DNA of 64,000 bases from Oculina patagonica (Eukaryota): the NCBI RefSeq assembly GCF_052425735.1, contig NC_135759.1, positions 31,310,001 to 31,374,000 of the forward strand. The letters are read 5' to 3'. Below the pieces are notes generated by a model. The model saw nothing but the letters and a program-made list of their open reading frames with translations. It was not told the origin of the DNA and searched no databases. Numbering within the stretch: the first letter of the stretch is position 1; the number at the start of each line of letters is the position of its first letter. Shown piece after piece: positions 63,203-64,000 of this stretch. Made by a program: the position numbers and the translations under genes.

Positions 63203-64000
63203 GAGAGAGTTTCAGGACGTCATCTCTTCGTGTTCAAACGTTTTAAAATGATATTAAATTTTGACAAGCCAATTGCCTATCACTGTTATGGCAGATCCCA
63301 TAACGACGAGCTTTTGTGTTGATTCGTTCTGTTTCCGTCCAAGGCCTTTTCAAGTCATTTGCACCAAGAGAAAGCTTGGCCAAGTAGAGACCACCTGAAT
63401 ATAATGAAAACCTTATCACCATGGATCGTTTCTCAAAATACAACAATTGCTTAAGTAAAATAATTACTTTACTCTAATTACGAAACTCGTAACGTTGCTT
63501 CGCTTGGTGATCACAATTTAAGAAAAGTTTTTAAAGCAAAAGGGAACAGGTGAGACTACTTGTCGAAAATAATCGTCACATTGAAAATCGTGTCTTACAC
63601 TGCAGGTTACAAAGCACTTTTAGACACTTGAATTGAATTGAATTATTCATATATCAAGCAGTATGTTTATGGAAAGTATGCCATGTACATAAATTATCAC
63701 CGAAGCAGAATTAACAGATATTAGAATTGATAGAAATAACATTATATTCAGTGAAACGTACGGTGATTTTTTTGGTTTTACACTGATCCGTGACGAGGTT
63801 CCATCACACTTTTAAAACCAAAGGGTAAGTACTTTTAATGTACTTGAAAATTCTACTTCAAAAACTCATCAAATGAGCGGCCCTTAACCACCATACTGTT
63901 ATGGTCGATTGAGATGCGATGACTTTTTTTCGGTTACGGCTACGGAATTGTTTGGTTTTTTATCTTGTTGAGGGCGCTGGAAAGTTTAGTCGGGTTCATA

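Noticed and set aside
63243-63446. Minus-strand ORF with an acceptor at about 63395, possibly the last exon of a neighbouring gene
   Set aside because: No recognisable motif or linked upstream exon within the window.

Overview
AT-rich eukaryotic genomic DNA with GT-AG introns and many transposons. The repeat content resembles a stony coral or other cnidarian (inference). The ORF track misses most of the biology because the genes are spliced; I rebuilt them by hand from splice sites and codon phases. The minus strand carries a cluster of three receptor genes with glycan-binding ectodomains. Gene C (55757-36679, 22 exons, about 952 aa) is a canonical adhesion GPCR: signal peptide, CBM14/peritrophin-A chitin-binding domain, PA14, GAIN/GPS, 7TM. 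Gene B (32363 to 16344, or to 8349 with its probable tail exons) is an adhesion-GPCR-type 7TM with no GAIN/GPS. Its ectodomain is a predicted catalytically dead GH19 chitinase/endolysin-like domain, Cys-rich modules, a VWA domain and a PPC-like beta domain, and it has an approximately 314-aa cassette exon in intracellular loop 1. Gene A (3557 to <1) is a tandem paralog of B that runs off the left edge. A VGAT/SLC32-like amino-acid transporter lies on the plus strand at 61431-62773. Introns and intergenic DNA hold Penelope-like retroelements, nested MITEs, a 1.2-kb near-perfect foldback and Helentron-like elements carrying tRNA-like cassettes. The main candidate novel system is a cluster of putative chitin/peptidoglycan-sensing GPCRs, including a pseudo-GH19 receptor.
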